NCBI GenBank assembly: GCA_963664705.1
Contig: OY761556.1
Coordinates: 4,064,001 to 4,128,000 of the forward strand
Source of the DNA: Acidobacteriota bacterium
Lineage (GTDB): Bacteria > Acidobacteriota > UBA6911
Reading direction: 5' to 3'
Length of the DNA stretch: 64,000 nucleotides
Part shown: positions 19,130 to 29,060 of the stretch, piece by piece
How positions within the stretch are numbered: the stretch's first letter is position 1
Layout of the letters: each line of letters starts with the position of its first letter
The notes under the pieces: generated by a model
Databases searched by the model: none
What the model saw: the letters and a program-made list of their open reading frames with translations, nothing else
What the model was told of the DNA's origin: nothing
Position numbers and translations under genes: made by a program

Positions 19130-21232
19130 ATGCAGCCCAGGGCCCGGGTCACCCATAGCATCCTGATAATTGCGATTTTGTCGACGCTCGCGCAGGCGAT
19201 GAATGCAGTTCAACCTGCCGTAGCGCAAAGCCCCGAACCGATACAGAAACGGATTGCCCGCCTCGAATCAGGCATACAGGCGGAAGAGGCCATCCGCGCG
19301 GTAAAGCGGCTGCAACACACATACAGTCACTGCATGGAATTTGGGCTATGGTCGGATCTGGCGGATCTCTTTGCCGAAAACGCGGTCGGCCAGTTCCAGA
19401 CTTCAACAATCAAAGGAAGGCTGAATCTTCGCAAATATTTCATGGACCAGGCCGGACGGATAGCACCGGGGATCGCAAACGGACAGTTGAATTCGCACCT
19501 GCTCTTGCAGCCCATCATTACGCTTGGTGCGGATGGGAAAACGGCTAAAGGGACATGGCACGAGATGGCCATGCTTGGCAAGTATGGATCCGCCGCTTCC
19601 TGGACCGGGGGTGTGTATGAAAATGAATACAGTCTGCAGAATAGCGTCTGGAAAATCAGCCGCCTGAATTATTTCCGGCAATACAGTGGTGCCTACGATG
19701 AGTACGGGCACAAAGCCCCGCCCAAATGGGATATCGCTTATCATTTCGAAGCAGCACACGTGGGAGTCACGATTCCGGCTATCGCCCTGCAGACGTTGAC
19801 CACCGCAGCTTTGAAAAAACCGGAGCCTGCCCCTCTTGCCCAACTATCAAAACGCATCCGCATTTTGACCGACGAGACGCAGGTGCAAAACCTCCAGCAC
19901 AGCTATGGATATTACCTGGATCGCAAAATGTGGGATGACGTTGCGGACCTATTCGCCGAGGACGGCACGTTCGAAAGCGGACAACGGGGAGCATATGCCG
20001 GCAGGAACCGCATCCGCCGTGCCTTGGAGGTGATTTATGGCCCCTCGCCTCTTCGCAAAGGAGAATTGTTCGATCACATCAACCTGGCCACCGTTGTCAC
20101 CATCGCCGCGGATGGACACCATGCAGGAGCCCGGACGATTCAGCTGAGTATGCTCGGCCTCAATGGCGAATATGCTCAATGGGAAGAGGGCACCTACGAA
20201 AATGAGTTCATCAAACAGGACGGCAACTGGAAGATAAAGGCCATCCGCTATTATCCGAGGATGGCAACCGATTACGACAAGGGTTGGGCAAACGATGCGA
20301 AAACAGCGCCGGCTCCAGTCAGCGAATTCCCGCCGGACTCTCCCCCTATGCAATCCTGCGAAAGCTACCCGCAGGTCTGTACCGTTGCCTTCCACTATGT
20401 CCATCCCGTAACCGGGAAGCCTCTTCGCTACTCGTCAGGAGCATTGACGCGTGTTCAGCTGATACTCCAGCCACGTGAATCCTTGCGTCCTGCAGTGTCG
20501 CTCCCGGACGCCAAGAGTATCGAAGGCATCATTGCCGCCCTGGAAAACAAACTCGACTCAGCCATTGCAGTGGATGCGGTGGAAAATCTGAACAGCTCCT
20601 ATGGATATTTCATGGACGAATCCGCCTGGGACTCAATGGCCGCTACATTCGCAAGTTCCGGGTCCAAGGAGATTACCGGAGTTGGCGTTTATGTCGGACC
20701 GGAGCGCATCCGGAAGATATTGAATCTGCGCGGACCGCTGGGAGGAAGGACTCCGGATTTCTTTACTATTCACCAACTCACTCAGCCTGTTATTCATATT
20801 TCGGAAGATGGAAACAGCGCCAGGGCACGCCTGCGCCTGTTTCAGTGCGGCGGCAACGCGGATGGATCCTCCGGGTCATGGATCGGTGGAATTTATGAAA
20901 ACACAGCTGTCAAAGAAAATGGGGAATGGAAGTTTGGAGTTCAGGATCTCCATCACATCTTTAATGCATCCTATCGCAATGGCTGGGCTCGCATCGGAAC
21001 CGGATTGCGCGTGAACAATCAAAGCAGCCGCACGCCCGGCGGACGCGATGTGCCAGGCGGAGGCATTCAACAAGGTCTGGGCGGAGCCGCAGCCCCCAAC
21101 CGCTTTGCAAAGGACTTTCCGCCCGATCGGCCGATTCGCTCCAAACAGTATGCCTTCCCGGATATTGTGGAGCCCGCTTTCCACTATAAAAACCCGGTCA
21201 GCGGTCGCATCCCGCGCGAGTTTCTGAAATAG
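19130..21232 (+). CDS. Secreted protein with three SnoaL/NTF2-like domains
   Basis: Three repeats of the LQ/N..YGY..D..W...LF...YENE...G.WK pattern; signal peptide. Confidence 0.82.
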   Translation: MQPRARVTHSILIIAILSTLAQAMNAVQPAVAQSPEPIQKRIARLESGIQAEEAIRAVKRLQHTYSHCMEFGLWSDLADLFAENAVGQFQTSTIKGRLNLRKYFMDQAGRIAPGIANGQLNSHLLLQPIITLGADGKTAKGTWHEMAMLGKYGSAASWTGGVYENEYSLQNSVWKISRLNYFRQYSGAYDEYGHKAPPKWDIAYHFEAAHVGVTIPAIALQTLTTAALKKPEPAPLAQLSKRIRILTDETQVQNLQHSYGYYLDRKMWDDVADLFAEDGTFESGQRGAYAGRNRIRRALEVIYGPSPLRKGELFDHINLATVVTIAADGHHAGARTIQLSMLGLNGEYAQWEEGTYENEFIKQDGNWKIKAIRYYPRMATDYDKGWANDAKTAPAPVSEFPPDSPPMQSCESYPQVCTVAFHYVHPVTGKPLRYSSGALTRVQLILQPRESLRPAVSLPDAKSIEGIIAALENKLDSAIAVDAVENLNSSYGYFMDESAWDSMAATFASSGSKEITGVGVYVGPERIRKILNLRGPLGGRTPDFFTIHQLTQPVIHISEDGNSARARLRLFQCGGNADGSSGSWIGGIYENTAVKENGEWKFGVQDLHHIFNASYRNGWARIGTGLRVNNQSSRTPGGRDVPGGGIQQGLGGAAAPNRFAKDFPPDRPIRSKQYAFPDIVEPAFHYKNPVSGRIPREFLK

Positions 21233-21290
21233 CCTGGAGACTCCGGGGCAAAAACGGCCACAAAGTCTCGCGCAGGCACGCCACTCGCTC

Positions 21291-22136
21291 CTAGGCCGAG
21301 TGGTGGCTGTGCCGATGGTGGGGATAAAGATCGGCCACGGAATAGGTCACACCGGCAAAAAAGGTGGCTCTGGGCAGAGCCCCTTTTGCTGCGACATAAA
21401 AGCCCGCATCCAATACAAGCCGCGGCTTTACACTGTAGGTTATGGCTTGAAGGACCGTAAGACTCGCGGCATCAGCGTGCGTCCGGCTGAACCCCGCAAT
21501 CTCTTCGCTGAAGCCAAACTTCTCCTTGAACGAAATGGAATAGGAAACGGCCGTAAAGTAATTATGGTCGAATCCCACGGCTTCCGACTGGGGAGTCCAC
21601 TGGATGCTTTCGTTGAAATCCAGGTGATGCCGGCCGAGATCTTTGCTGAGAAGCAGACCAGCGGAGTGTCCTATCCCGGCACTTCCCGTCTCATTCGTTG
21701 CCGTCGGTATTGTTATCCCATACAGAAACGAGATGGTCGGCAGAGCTTTCTTCTGCTCCGTAAAACGGAATTTGAATCCTGCTCCGGAATCGCCAAGGCC
21801 CGAAACCTCATCATCACGTGTAACAGGGATGTTGGCAAAACGGATCTCGAGATTGTCCAAGAGACCAAATTTCAGCAGTCCGTTCAAATTCTGGTGGCCG
21901 CGCGCAAGCTCGGTGCCATATTCAATTTCAAAAACACCTTTCTGCACTGTTTCGCCGGTGGTTGAGAACGTCGGACGGTTTGGGACAGCTTTGAGGTCGG
22001 CCGCGGATTGTCCGCTCGTTCCACCTTGAGAACCGGTCTGTGCCCAAATATTGGTGCCCGCCAGACCGATCACCAACAGCATGCCCAGGCATGGCAGCGG
22101 GAGTTTTGCAGTAGCCCTATAAAGATTAATTTTCAT
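21291..22136 (-). CDS. Outer-membrane beta-barrel 'transporter' (Phenol_MetA_deg-like)
   Basis: Signal peptide; PNRPTFST..TVQKGVFEIEYG, GLGDSGAGFKFRF, LVLDAG. Confidence 0.72.
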   Translation of the reverse strand: MKINLYRATAKLPLPCLGMLLVIGLAGTNIWAQTGSQGGTSGQSAADLKAVPNRPTFSTTGETVQKGVFEIEYGTELARGHQNLNGLLKFGLLDNLEIRFANIPVTRDDEVSGLGDSGAGFKFRFTEQKKALPTISFLYGITIPTATNETGSAGIGHSAGLLLSKDLGRHHLDFNESIQWTPQSEAVGFDHNYFTAVSYSISFKEKFGFSEEIAGFSRTHADAASLTVLQAITYSVKPRLVLDAGFYVAAKGALPRATFFAGVTYSVADLYPHHRHSHHSA

Positions 22137-22272
22137 GAATCGCTCCTAATCCGTTGACCAACTTCCGCCCGATCATTAGCCAAAATTAAGGATCTTCCTA
22201 GCCCTCATTATCATAGAATGGGTTGTCCCGAAAAGGAACCTGAAGTCGGGAATCGGGCTTTCATCCAACCGA

Positions 22273-23604
22273 ATGCATACTCGGGAGCCGGTGAAATTGA
22301 CACCGAACGGTCCAACTCTTCTCCTGATCACGGCCTCTTCCCCGGACATAAACAAGGTTCGACGATCGCGTGTCCTGAATTTCCAGCAGATAACAATGCC
22401 GTATCTGGCCGCATTTGTGCCATCGCATTGGACGGTGCGGCACGTGGATGAGGCGGTAGAGCCGATCGATTTCACCGTGCACGCCGATCTTGTCGCAATC
22501 ACTTTCCACACGCCCAGCGCGCCCCACGCATACAATATTGCATCCCGATTCAGAGAACGGCGAATTCCGGTAGCGCTCGGGGGGCCGCATGTCACACTGC
22601 TGCCGGAAGAAGCCCAGCAATATGGAGATGCTATCTTTGTCGGCGAAGCCGAAATGCTCTGGCCTCAATTCCTGGCGGATTTTGAAAACGGCTATTTTCA
22701 CAATCGCTATTCCTGCACAGCCCCGCCCTCGCTGGACCAGGTCCCGGAATCCCGGAAAGATCTATTTCACAGACGCGACTACACATCCGGAGTGCTGTTC
22801 GCTACACGCGGATGCGCATTTCGCTGCGATTTCTGCACCCTGGCGGTCATGTATAAGCGTTGTATTCGCAAGCGCCCCGTCGAGGCAGTTGCAAGGGAAT
22901 ATGCCGCTTTTCGCGGCAAGATTATTATCCTCTGGGACGACAACATTGCATCCGACATCGAGTATGCAAAAGAAATGTTCCGGGCATTGATTCCGCACAA
23001 CAAATGGTGGAGCAGCCAGGCAAGCATTCACGCCGCAGAAGACCCGGAATTTTTGGAACTGGCCGCCCGCAGCGGGTGCAAGCAGCTTTTTCTCGGACTT
23101 GAATCAATTTCCCAGGAAAGCGTGGACAACGTTTCAAAAAACTTTAATCGCGTTCATCGGTACGCTGAAGCCATCGACCGCATTCATGCATGCGGCATTT
23201 CGGTACAAGCGGGCATTGTCTTCGGTTTTGATGGAGATTCTGAAACCATATTCAGTGAAACCCTGGATTTTCTCGAGGCCGCCGGCGTGCAGAATGCCAC
23301 GTTCAACATATTGACGCCATTTCCCGGCACTCGCCTGTATGAACGACTCGATGCGGAGGGAAGGATCCTCAGTCGCGACTGGACTCGCTACAACGGCCGC
23401 GCGGATGTCGTATTCCAGCCGAAACAGATGACACCCGAAGCACTGCTGCAGGGTTACCGGCAGGCAAACCAGCGCTTCTATTCATGGAGAAGCATCGCAA
23501 AGCGCTTGCGGCGTTCGCGGGTCCAGTTGCCCTGGACGCTGCCGCTGAATCTCGCCTATAGCTACGCATTAAACCGCGACCGTCTCCTATCTCCCGCGAA
23601 ATAA
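22273..23604 (+). CDS. Cobalamin-binding radical SAM protein
   Basis: N-terminal B12-binding region (VALGGPH, GEAE), TRGCAFRCDFC, GLES, TPFPGT. Confidence 0.92.
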   Translation: MHTREPVKLTPNGPTLLLITASSPDINKVRRSRVLNFQQITMPYLAAFVPSHWTVRHVDEAVEPIDFTVHADLVAITFHTPSAPHAYNIASRFRERRIPVALGGPHVTLLPEEAQQYGDAIFVGEAEMLWPQFLADFENGYFHNRYSCTAPPSLDQVPESRKDLFHRRDYTSGVLFATRGCAFRCDFCTLAVMYKRCIRKRPVEAVAREYAAFRGKIIILWDDNIASDIEYAKEMFRALIPHNKWWSSQASIHAAEDPEFLELAARSGCKQLFLGLESISQESVDNVSKNFNRVHRYAEAIDRIHACGISVQAGIVFGFDGDSETIFSETLDFLEAAGVQNATFNILTPFPGTRLYERLDAEGRILSRDWTRYNGRADVVFQPKQMTPEALLQGYRQANQRFYSWRSIAKRLRRSRVQLPWTLPLNLAYSYALNRDRLLSPAK

Positions 23605-23614
23605 CGCAGCCTTC

Positions 23615-24001
23615 CTATTTTAACGCGCGGAGAGAACGGGCGATGAGCCCAAGGCCAGCCGCCAGCATGGCCAGCATGAACAGCGTGTTATACAGCGATG
23701 TCGGCTTGAAGTAGATGTCCATGTTCACAAGTATCCCGGCAAGAATTATCCCGAAGCCGAGAACCGTCAGGACCCAGCCGGCAACCGACCGTCCGTTGTA
23801 AAAGAGTACGCCAATCCCGATCAGCAAGGGCACCAGGCTCAGGCCAAAAGAGCTGAATCCCCATAGATGTCCCCAGGACGTTGTAACCTGAACCTGGTTC
23901 AGCATCAGATATGCCCCAATCCCTACCAGCAACACTCCCACGAAAAACTGGCCGATGCCGCCGGGAGTCCCCCCCGCCCCTGCTAGTTTGTTTTCATTCA
24001 T
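23615..24001 (-). CDS. Four-TM membrane protein, function unknown
   Basis: GAGGTPGG start followed by four hydrophobic segments. Confidence 0.75.
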   Translation of the reverse strand: MNENKLAGAGGTPGGIGQFFVGVLLVGIGAYLMLNQVQVTTSWGHLWGFSSFGLSLVPLLIGIGVLFYNGRSVAGWVLTVLGFGIILAGILVNMDIYFKPTSLYNTLFMLAMLAAGLGLIARSLRALK

Positions 24002-24132
24002 GCGCGCAATTATAAAAGGCCTGTCGTCCGATTTTTACTTATTTCTTATCCTAAAATCCAAGATTGTGCGGCAAAGCTTGACGGGAAACCCTCGAGAGAT
24101 GATCATTGTTTATCCATATCAAAAAGGAAGGT

Positions 24133-25152
24133 ATGAACAGACACGTGCCCCGGATTTCCATGCTTGCATTTTTCACCCTCGCGCTCTCTTTTGTTTTCGC
24201 TCAACAACCGCCTGCCAACGATTCGGAGCAAGTGCTGGAACTGCAACGAAAAATCGAATCGGCCGTGGTGTCGGGAGATGTGGCTTTTGCCCAAACGGTG
24301 CTCTCGAGCGATTTCCATTTTCGCCACGGGGACGGTTGGACCAGAGGCGAAAAAACCGGAGGAATTGAGGACGACAGGGAAGCCTTCCTGAAACGAATAT
24401 CGGATAAGGAATACCTTGTCCATGACTTGGACCAGCCGAAGGTCGAAATGCACGGAGACCTCGCCATCACATGGGGTCGCTACGTCAGCCTCTTCATGCC
24501 GAAGAACAGAGACACCAGCACACCCCCCGGACTTACGAGCATCTGGTTCGAACGTGTCTGGGCAAAGCGGAATGGGCGCTGGCAGTGGCTCTCGCACCGT
24601 ACTGTCTGGGGCCCGCATCCGTCTCCCGCAGGGATCGATCCAACCCAGGTCTCCCAGGCTCAAGCCAGCACTTATGTGCCCGGCCTTCCGGAAGCTAACG
24701 CTGTTCCCGAAAAATACAAACCTGCATCTGCCGAGGCAGCGGAGATCATCGCACTGGACGAAAAATTCGCTCAAGCGGTGCTTGCCGGCGATCACTCATT
24801 CTTTGATGCAAACACATCCGACGACTTTTTGATGTGGCACGGAGACATATGGACTCGAGGCGGACAATCCATTTTAATTGATACAAAGCAGGCATTCCTG
24901 GAACGCGTCAAAAACAAGCAGTACCTGGCCTGGAATTTCGACTCTGCCCAAGTGGAGATGCACCAGGATGTCGCAATTTCCTATGGGCGGTACACGGCAA
25001 CGCTCCGGGGAAGCAATCCGGATCGTGCATGGTTTGCAGTATGGTTCGAACGCATCTACCAAAAACGAAACGGAAGGTGGGTGTTCATCTCGCAGCGAAC
25101 CGTGCATGGGGCCAGCTATGGCCCCACGCGCGAATCCGTCAGCACCCAATAG
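24133..25152 (+). CDS. Secreted protein with two DUF4440/NTF2-like domains
   Basis: Duplicated HGDxWTRG...EMH.D.AI..GRY...WFER...KRNGRW..SxRTV. Start at ATG 24133 after an AGGAAGG RBS. Confidence 0.8.
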   Translation: MNRHVPRISMLAFFTLALSFVFAQQPPANDSEQVLELQRKIESAVVSGDVAFAQTVLSSDFHFRHGDGWTRGEKTGGIEDDREAFLKRISDKEYLVHDLDQPKVEMHGDLAITWGRYVSLFMPKNRDTSTPPGLTSIWFERVWAKRNGRWQWLSHRTVWGPHPSPAGIDPTQVSQAQASTYVPGLPEANAVPEKYKPASAEAAEIIALDEKFAQAVLAGDHSFFDANTSDDFLMWHGDIWTRGGQSILIDTKQAFLERVKNKQYLAWNFDSAQVEMHQDVAISYGRYTATLRGSNPDRAWFAVWFERIYQKRNGRWVFISQRTVHGASYGPTRESVSTQ

Positions 25153-25217
25153 CTGAAACAGGTGGAACTCGTGACCGAGGCACAACGGCTTTCGGACCGC
25201 GAATTCCACTCACAATA

Positions 25218-26564
25218 TCAGTAGGTCCCGTACTCGTAAGCAGCTTCCATCATGGCACGCAGGTTCTCAACATTTCCCCTGTCGATACTCGCGCCCCCGG
25301 CCAGGATGTAGCCTCCTCCCGGAGCACAGGTCTCGATCAGGCGGCGACAGTTTTCCTTTACCTGCCCGGCAGTTCCCGTCATTACGAGCGATGCCGGTAC
25401 ATTCCCGACAATGCAGGATGTGTTGCCAAGGACCTTCTTTGCCTCCACCATATCGGTCTGATCGAAATACCATACGACACTGCTCTTCGGCGTGTCGGTG
25501 ATCAGCTTCAGTCGGTTATTGTATCGCCCCTCGGCAAAAGGGAACGGAACGAGGCCTTCATCTATCATTGCGATGAAGAGTTTCTGCAGTGAAGGCCAGT
25601 AAAACTTGTCAAACTGCTTATCCGACATGAACGTGTCGTCCCCTTTATGCAGAGGCATCATGCATACCGGGCAGCCGCTCATAGGGAAATTCTTGATCGT
25701 GGTCTGGATGGTTAGCTGCAGCTGGATATCGATCGCTTCCAGCAATCTCTCCGGCTGACGGTACAGGTCGGTTACGATTCCTTTGGTGCCCCGCATCATA
25801 TCGGCAAAATAGTCGTAAGGCGCCTGCGCCATGATCCCGCCAAACATCGAAGGATATCCCCTGGACTGGGCTGCGTTGCTGACTTCCATGATGGCTGCCT
25901 GGTGCTGCATGAATTCACCGGAGAGGTCCATCAGGGTCTGAAACACTTTTCTTATTTCGGGATTGGCGAGAAGAGCTACCCAGTTGGCTCCTCCCATCAG
26001 CATACGCAGAGGAGGCAGTTTGCTGAATGGCTCGAAAAGTCCGGTTGTCCGGGGGAGGGTGACCCGAAGGTTATAGTCCGTTGGATCCAGCATCAGCCGA
26101 TCATATTCATCGGCCTTCATGTATTCCCCTTCAACGATCTGCTGCATCGTAACGTCTTTGCCGATGCCGTGCCCCGGCCATTTCATGGTTTTGACATCCA
26201 GGGCTTCCATGATCCTGCCCGCCGGAATCAGACCGGGCCCCATGAATGTATCCATGTCCCCAAAATCGTCCATGAACTGAATCCAGGCCCGCTTCAGTTC
26301 GCTGTAGTCGTACATGATTTTGTAAAAGCTGCTCCCGGAGTAATACGCCGGAAAGCTACCGGTCGGAAGCATGACCGGCACGCGGTCGGGCTCTTCCATC
26401 TTTATCGCTTTGATGAAGCGCGTCACCCGCGCTTTATGAAGCTTCTCGGCTTCCTCGCTTACAAATTTCACGCCCGGCGCGGCTAGCCACTGCTTGAATC
26501 GTTCCTCGCGCTTTTCCTGCCATGTCATTTCTGCCCAAGTTTTTGCCTGTGTCGCTGGCTGCAT
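25218..26564 (-). CDS. Uroporphyrinogen decarboxylase (URO-D/CIMS) superfamily protein, paralogue 1
   Basis: EPDRVPV, MRGTKG, LHKGDDTFMS..FDKFYWP, GNVP, GGGYIL. Confidence 0.85.
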   Translation of the reverse strand: MQPATQAKTWAEMTWQEKREERFKQWLAAPGVKFVSEEAEKLHKARVTRFIKAIKMEEPDRVPVMLPTGSFPAYYSGSSFYKIMYDYSELKRAWIQFMDDFGDMDTFMGPGLIPAGRIMEALDVKTMKWPGHGIGKDVTMQQIVEGEYMKADEYDRLMLDPTDYNLRVTLPRTTGLFEPFSKLPPLRMLMGGANWVALLANPEIRKVFQTLMDLSGEFMQHQAAIMEVSNAAQSRGYPSMFGGIMAQAPYDYFADMMRGTKGIVTDLYRQPERLLEAIDIQLQLTIQTTIKNFPMSGCPVCMMPLHKGDDTFMSDKQFDKFYWPSLQKLFIAMIDEGLVPFPFAEGRYNNRLKLITDTPKSSVVWYFDQTDMVEAKKVLGNTSCIVGNVPASLVMTGTAGQVKENCRRLIETCAPGGGYILAGGASIDRGNVENLRAMMEAAYEYGTY

Positions 26565-26707
26565 ATTCCCATGTCTCCATTTGGATAGTTTTGATTACAT
26601 GGATCCCACAGTATTTTGAACGCTATGACGCTGTACCAGAGTGACGAATGCCCTGATTCTAACTCTTTGGAGGCGGGATAGAGCGAAAATTATTTGATGG
26701 ATGCTTT

Positions 26708-26759
26708 ACGCGGAACGTTGGAGCGTGGAACGTTTCAACGTTCCGCGTTCAACGTTTCA
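26708..26759. repeat. Inverted GAACGTT-type heptamer array overlapping a stop codon
   Basis: GGAACGT TGGAGCG TGGAACGTT / TCAACGT TCCGCGT TCAACGTTTCA; includes the exact inverted pair ACGCGGAACGTTG / CAACGTTCCGCGT. Confidence 0.6.
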
Positions 26760-27274
26760 TGCGAGACGCCGGCGTTCCAGGTGTTCATCCTTTCGGCTAT
26801 TGCAGCTTTATGTTGCGAAGACTCATGATCGTTCTGGCGCGCCAGCATGTTAAAAATCGGATCTTCCGTTTTTACAATTTTCTCGTAGCTGATTTCGATC
26901 GCGGAGTCCTCAATCTCCAGTGCCATGGAGAATAATCGGTCCCTGGGTATTTCGCCTCCCCTCATTTGTTCTACAAGCCTTTGCATCTCAACGGCAAACA
27001 TCCGAATTTGCACGGTCGGGAACGAAATCCCCGGCTTGTAGTCCTTCGGCTTATTTGAAATTCTGTCGGCCATTCTCATGGCATTCCCGGAATGAACTTG
27101 TTCCTGCGCGGAAAGAGAATTCCACATATCCGCTTCCTCCGGCATTGCATCCGCACACAGTCTGTAGAACTCGGCCGTCTGGGCTTCGGCATCCGCGAGA
27201 AAACCCAGGTTGGATAAGACCTCCTGAAGATCATCCAGGCTACTTCTACCCAAAAGCTTCCCCAAAAACGTCAT
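26735..27274 (-). CDS. Ferritin/rubrerythrin-like hypothetical protein
   Basis: E...AEFY, QEQVH, ALEIE, ESSQH di-iron-type ExxH pattern. Start moved to ATG 27274 (AGGAG RBS). Confidence 0.65.
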   Translation of the reverse strand: MTFLGKLLGRSSLDDLQEVLSNLGFLADAEAQTAEFYRLCADAMPEEADMWNSLSAQEQVHSGNAMRMADRISNKPKDYKPGISFPTVQIRMFAVEMQRLVEQMRGGEIPRDRLFSMALEIEDSAIEISYEKIVKTEDPIFNMLARQNDHESSQHKAAIAERMNTWNAGVSHETLNAER

Positions 27275-27432
27275 GAATGCTCCTGTCTTTCCGGCAAATT
27301 CCTGGCAGGCCGTCATCCGGCCAATGCTTCAGCATAAGATCATTTTGTCCAAAAGTCATCGATCGAAGCTGTTCCGGAGTTTCGGACATTTCCGATCTCA
27401 GGCTTTGGACAGAACTGCCGTATATCTTCGCG

Positions 27433-27966
27433 CTATTTGGCTTTTTCCGCGGATTCACACGGGGTAAAGAAATACTGATGGTTTATATCAATCTTCTGCG
27501 CAACCAGGCAGGCATTATCCACCAGAGTTTCGGGAACATATCCCTTTGACTCGGTATAATCGCCTACAAAGAGCTCAATCTTCACCGGATAGTTTTCGCG
27601 TGTCATCGGCTGAATCGTCTTGTCATGGGCATCCTTCAGGCTGGTTGCTTTGCCGGCCAGGTAGTAGCCGGTGCTCCCCCCCGCATCGCCCAACTGATCA
27701 ATAACCCGAGAGTATGCCTTGGACCCATCTCTAAAATGCCAAATCAGCATGACCATCTTCTCGGGAAAGTTGTTGGCTGAAAGATGCGTCCATTCCGACG
27801 CCCACACAAACTCGGCCGCGCCGCTGTCGTGAAGGGCAAAGTATGTCTGATCGACATTAATGCAATCCTGCCCGTAATTGCTCAGGTTCCGCAACTGTGG
27901 CATGCCTGCAGGGACTGCAATCGTGAGGCAAAACAGGAATATAGTTACTCCGACTATTGGTCTCAT
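27433..27966 (-). CDS. Secreted hypothetical protein
   Basis: Signal peptide MRPIVGVTIFLFCLTIAVPA and natural composition; no motif recognised. Confidence 0.6.
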   Translation of the reverse strand: MRPIVGVTIFLFCLTIAVPAGMPQLRNLSNYGQDCINVDQTYFALHDSGAAEFVWASEWTHLSANNFPEKMVMLIWHFRDGSKAYSRVIDQLGDAGGSTGYYLAGKATSLKDAHDKTIQPMTRENYPVKIELFVGDYTESKGYVPETLVDNACLVAQKIDINHQYFFTPCESAEKAK

Positions 27967-28202
27967 AGGTTTTATAAATAATACTTCATTAAGAATAATC
28001 AAAGAAAATATTGAGGGGCCCCACTCCAGGGGGGCGGATGCCGGAGATGGTCAATACGGCTTGGATCACATGGGTCTGCAGACTAAAATCAATCAATTAT
28101 GGGAACTTCGAACAAAAGTCATTCGTAATAACCTCAGTCCGGGCACGTATTGGCTATTGCGCGCTTTCATCGTATCGATCTGTTCATATTATGGAGTTAT
28201 TC

Positions 28203-29060
28203 ATGCATAGAGTTTTTGCGATTTTAATCCTGTCATGGCTTATCCCTGCCGCCGTATTGGCCCAGGCATCCGATGCCTTTGAGGTGGCATCCATCAAGCC
28301 CAGCGATCCGAACACCCAGGGGATCAGCTTCAGCAATTCGCCCGGAGCAATAAACATCAATGGCGCAACGGCTAAATTGCTGATCCAGCAGGCCTATGAT
28401 GTTCGGGAATCACAAATTTCCGGGGGACCGGGATGGATCGGTTCAGATCGTTTTGACATCGCGGCAAAGGCCGATGCGAGCGCAGCCGGCCCCGATGGCT
28501 TAAAAAATCCGGCGGATCAGGCCAAAGCGGCAGAAAAGATGCGGGCGCGCCTGCAGAATCTTCTGAAAGAACGATTTCATCTGGTGACCCACCGGGAAAC
28601 AAAGGAGCTCGCCGTTTATGTAATGACGCTGGCGAAGGGCGGACCAAAATTCAAAGAAACCAAAGAGGATCCGGCCGAGGGGAAAGACGGTAACCGTCCA
28701 CGGAGATCCTCCATGCGCGTCGGCCGTGGTCAGATTATCGCGCAATCCATACCAATGGATAATCTGGCACGCCTTCTTTCCCAGCAGTTGGGCCGAACGG
28801 TGATTGATAAAACCGGCTTGCAGGGAAATTATGACTTTACGCTGGAGTGGACCCCGGATCCGGGACAGAGTCTCGGCGGAGGCCCGGGAGGACCGGTCGA
28901 GCCGTCGAGGGAAATGCAGCGTCCCGATAATGCCCCCGATGCCAACGGACCGTCCGTTTTCACGGCTATCCAGGAACAATTGGGAATAAAGCTTGAATCA
29001 CAAAAAGCACCGGTTGAAATGCTTGTGATTGAAAGCATTGAAAAGCCTTCGGAGAACTGA
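28203..29060 (+). CDS. TIGR03435 (DUF3738) family acidobacterial protein
   Basis: FEVASIKPS, GGPGWI.SDRFDI.AK, LL.ERF.L..H.ETKE, VIDKTGL.G.YDF.LEW, FTAIQEQLG.KLE. Start at 28203 after GGAG. Confidence 0.92.
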   Translation: MHRVFAILILSWLIPAAVLAQASDAFEVASIKPSDPNTQGISFSNSPGAININGATAKLLIQQAYDVRESQISGGPGWIGSDRFDIAAKADASAAGPDGLKNPADQAKAAEKMRARLQNLLKERFHLVTHRETKELAVYVMTLAKGGPKFKETKEDPAEGKDGNRPRRSSMRVGRGQIIAQSIPMDNLARLLSQQLGRTVIDKTGLQGNYDFTLEWTPDPGQSLGGGPGGPVEPSREMQRPDNAPDANGPSVFTAIQEQLGIKLESQKAPVEMLVIESIEKPSEN

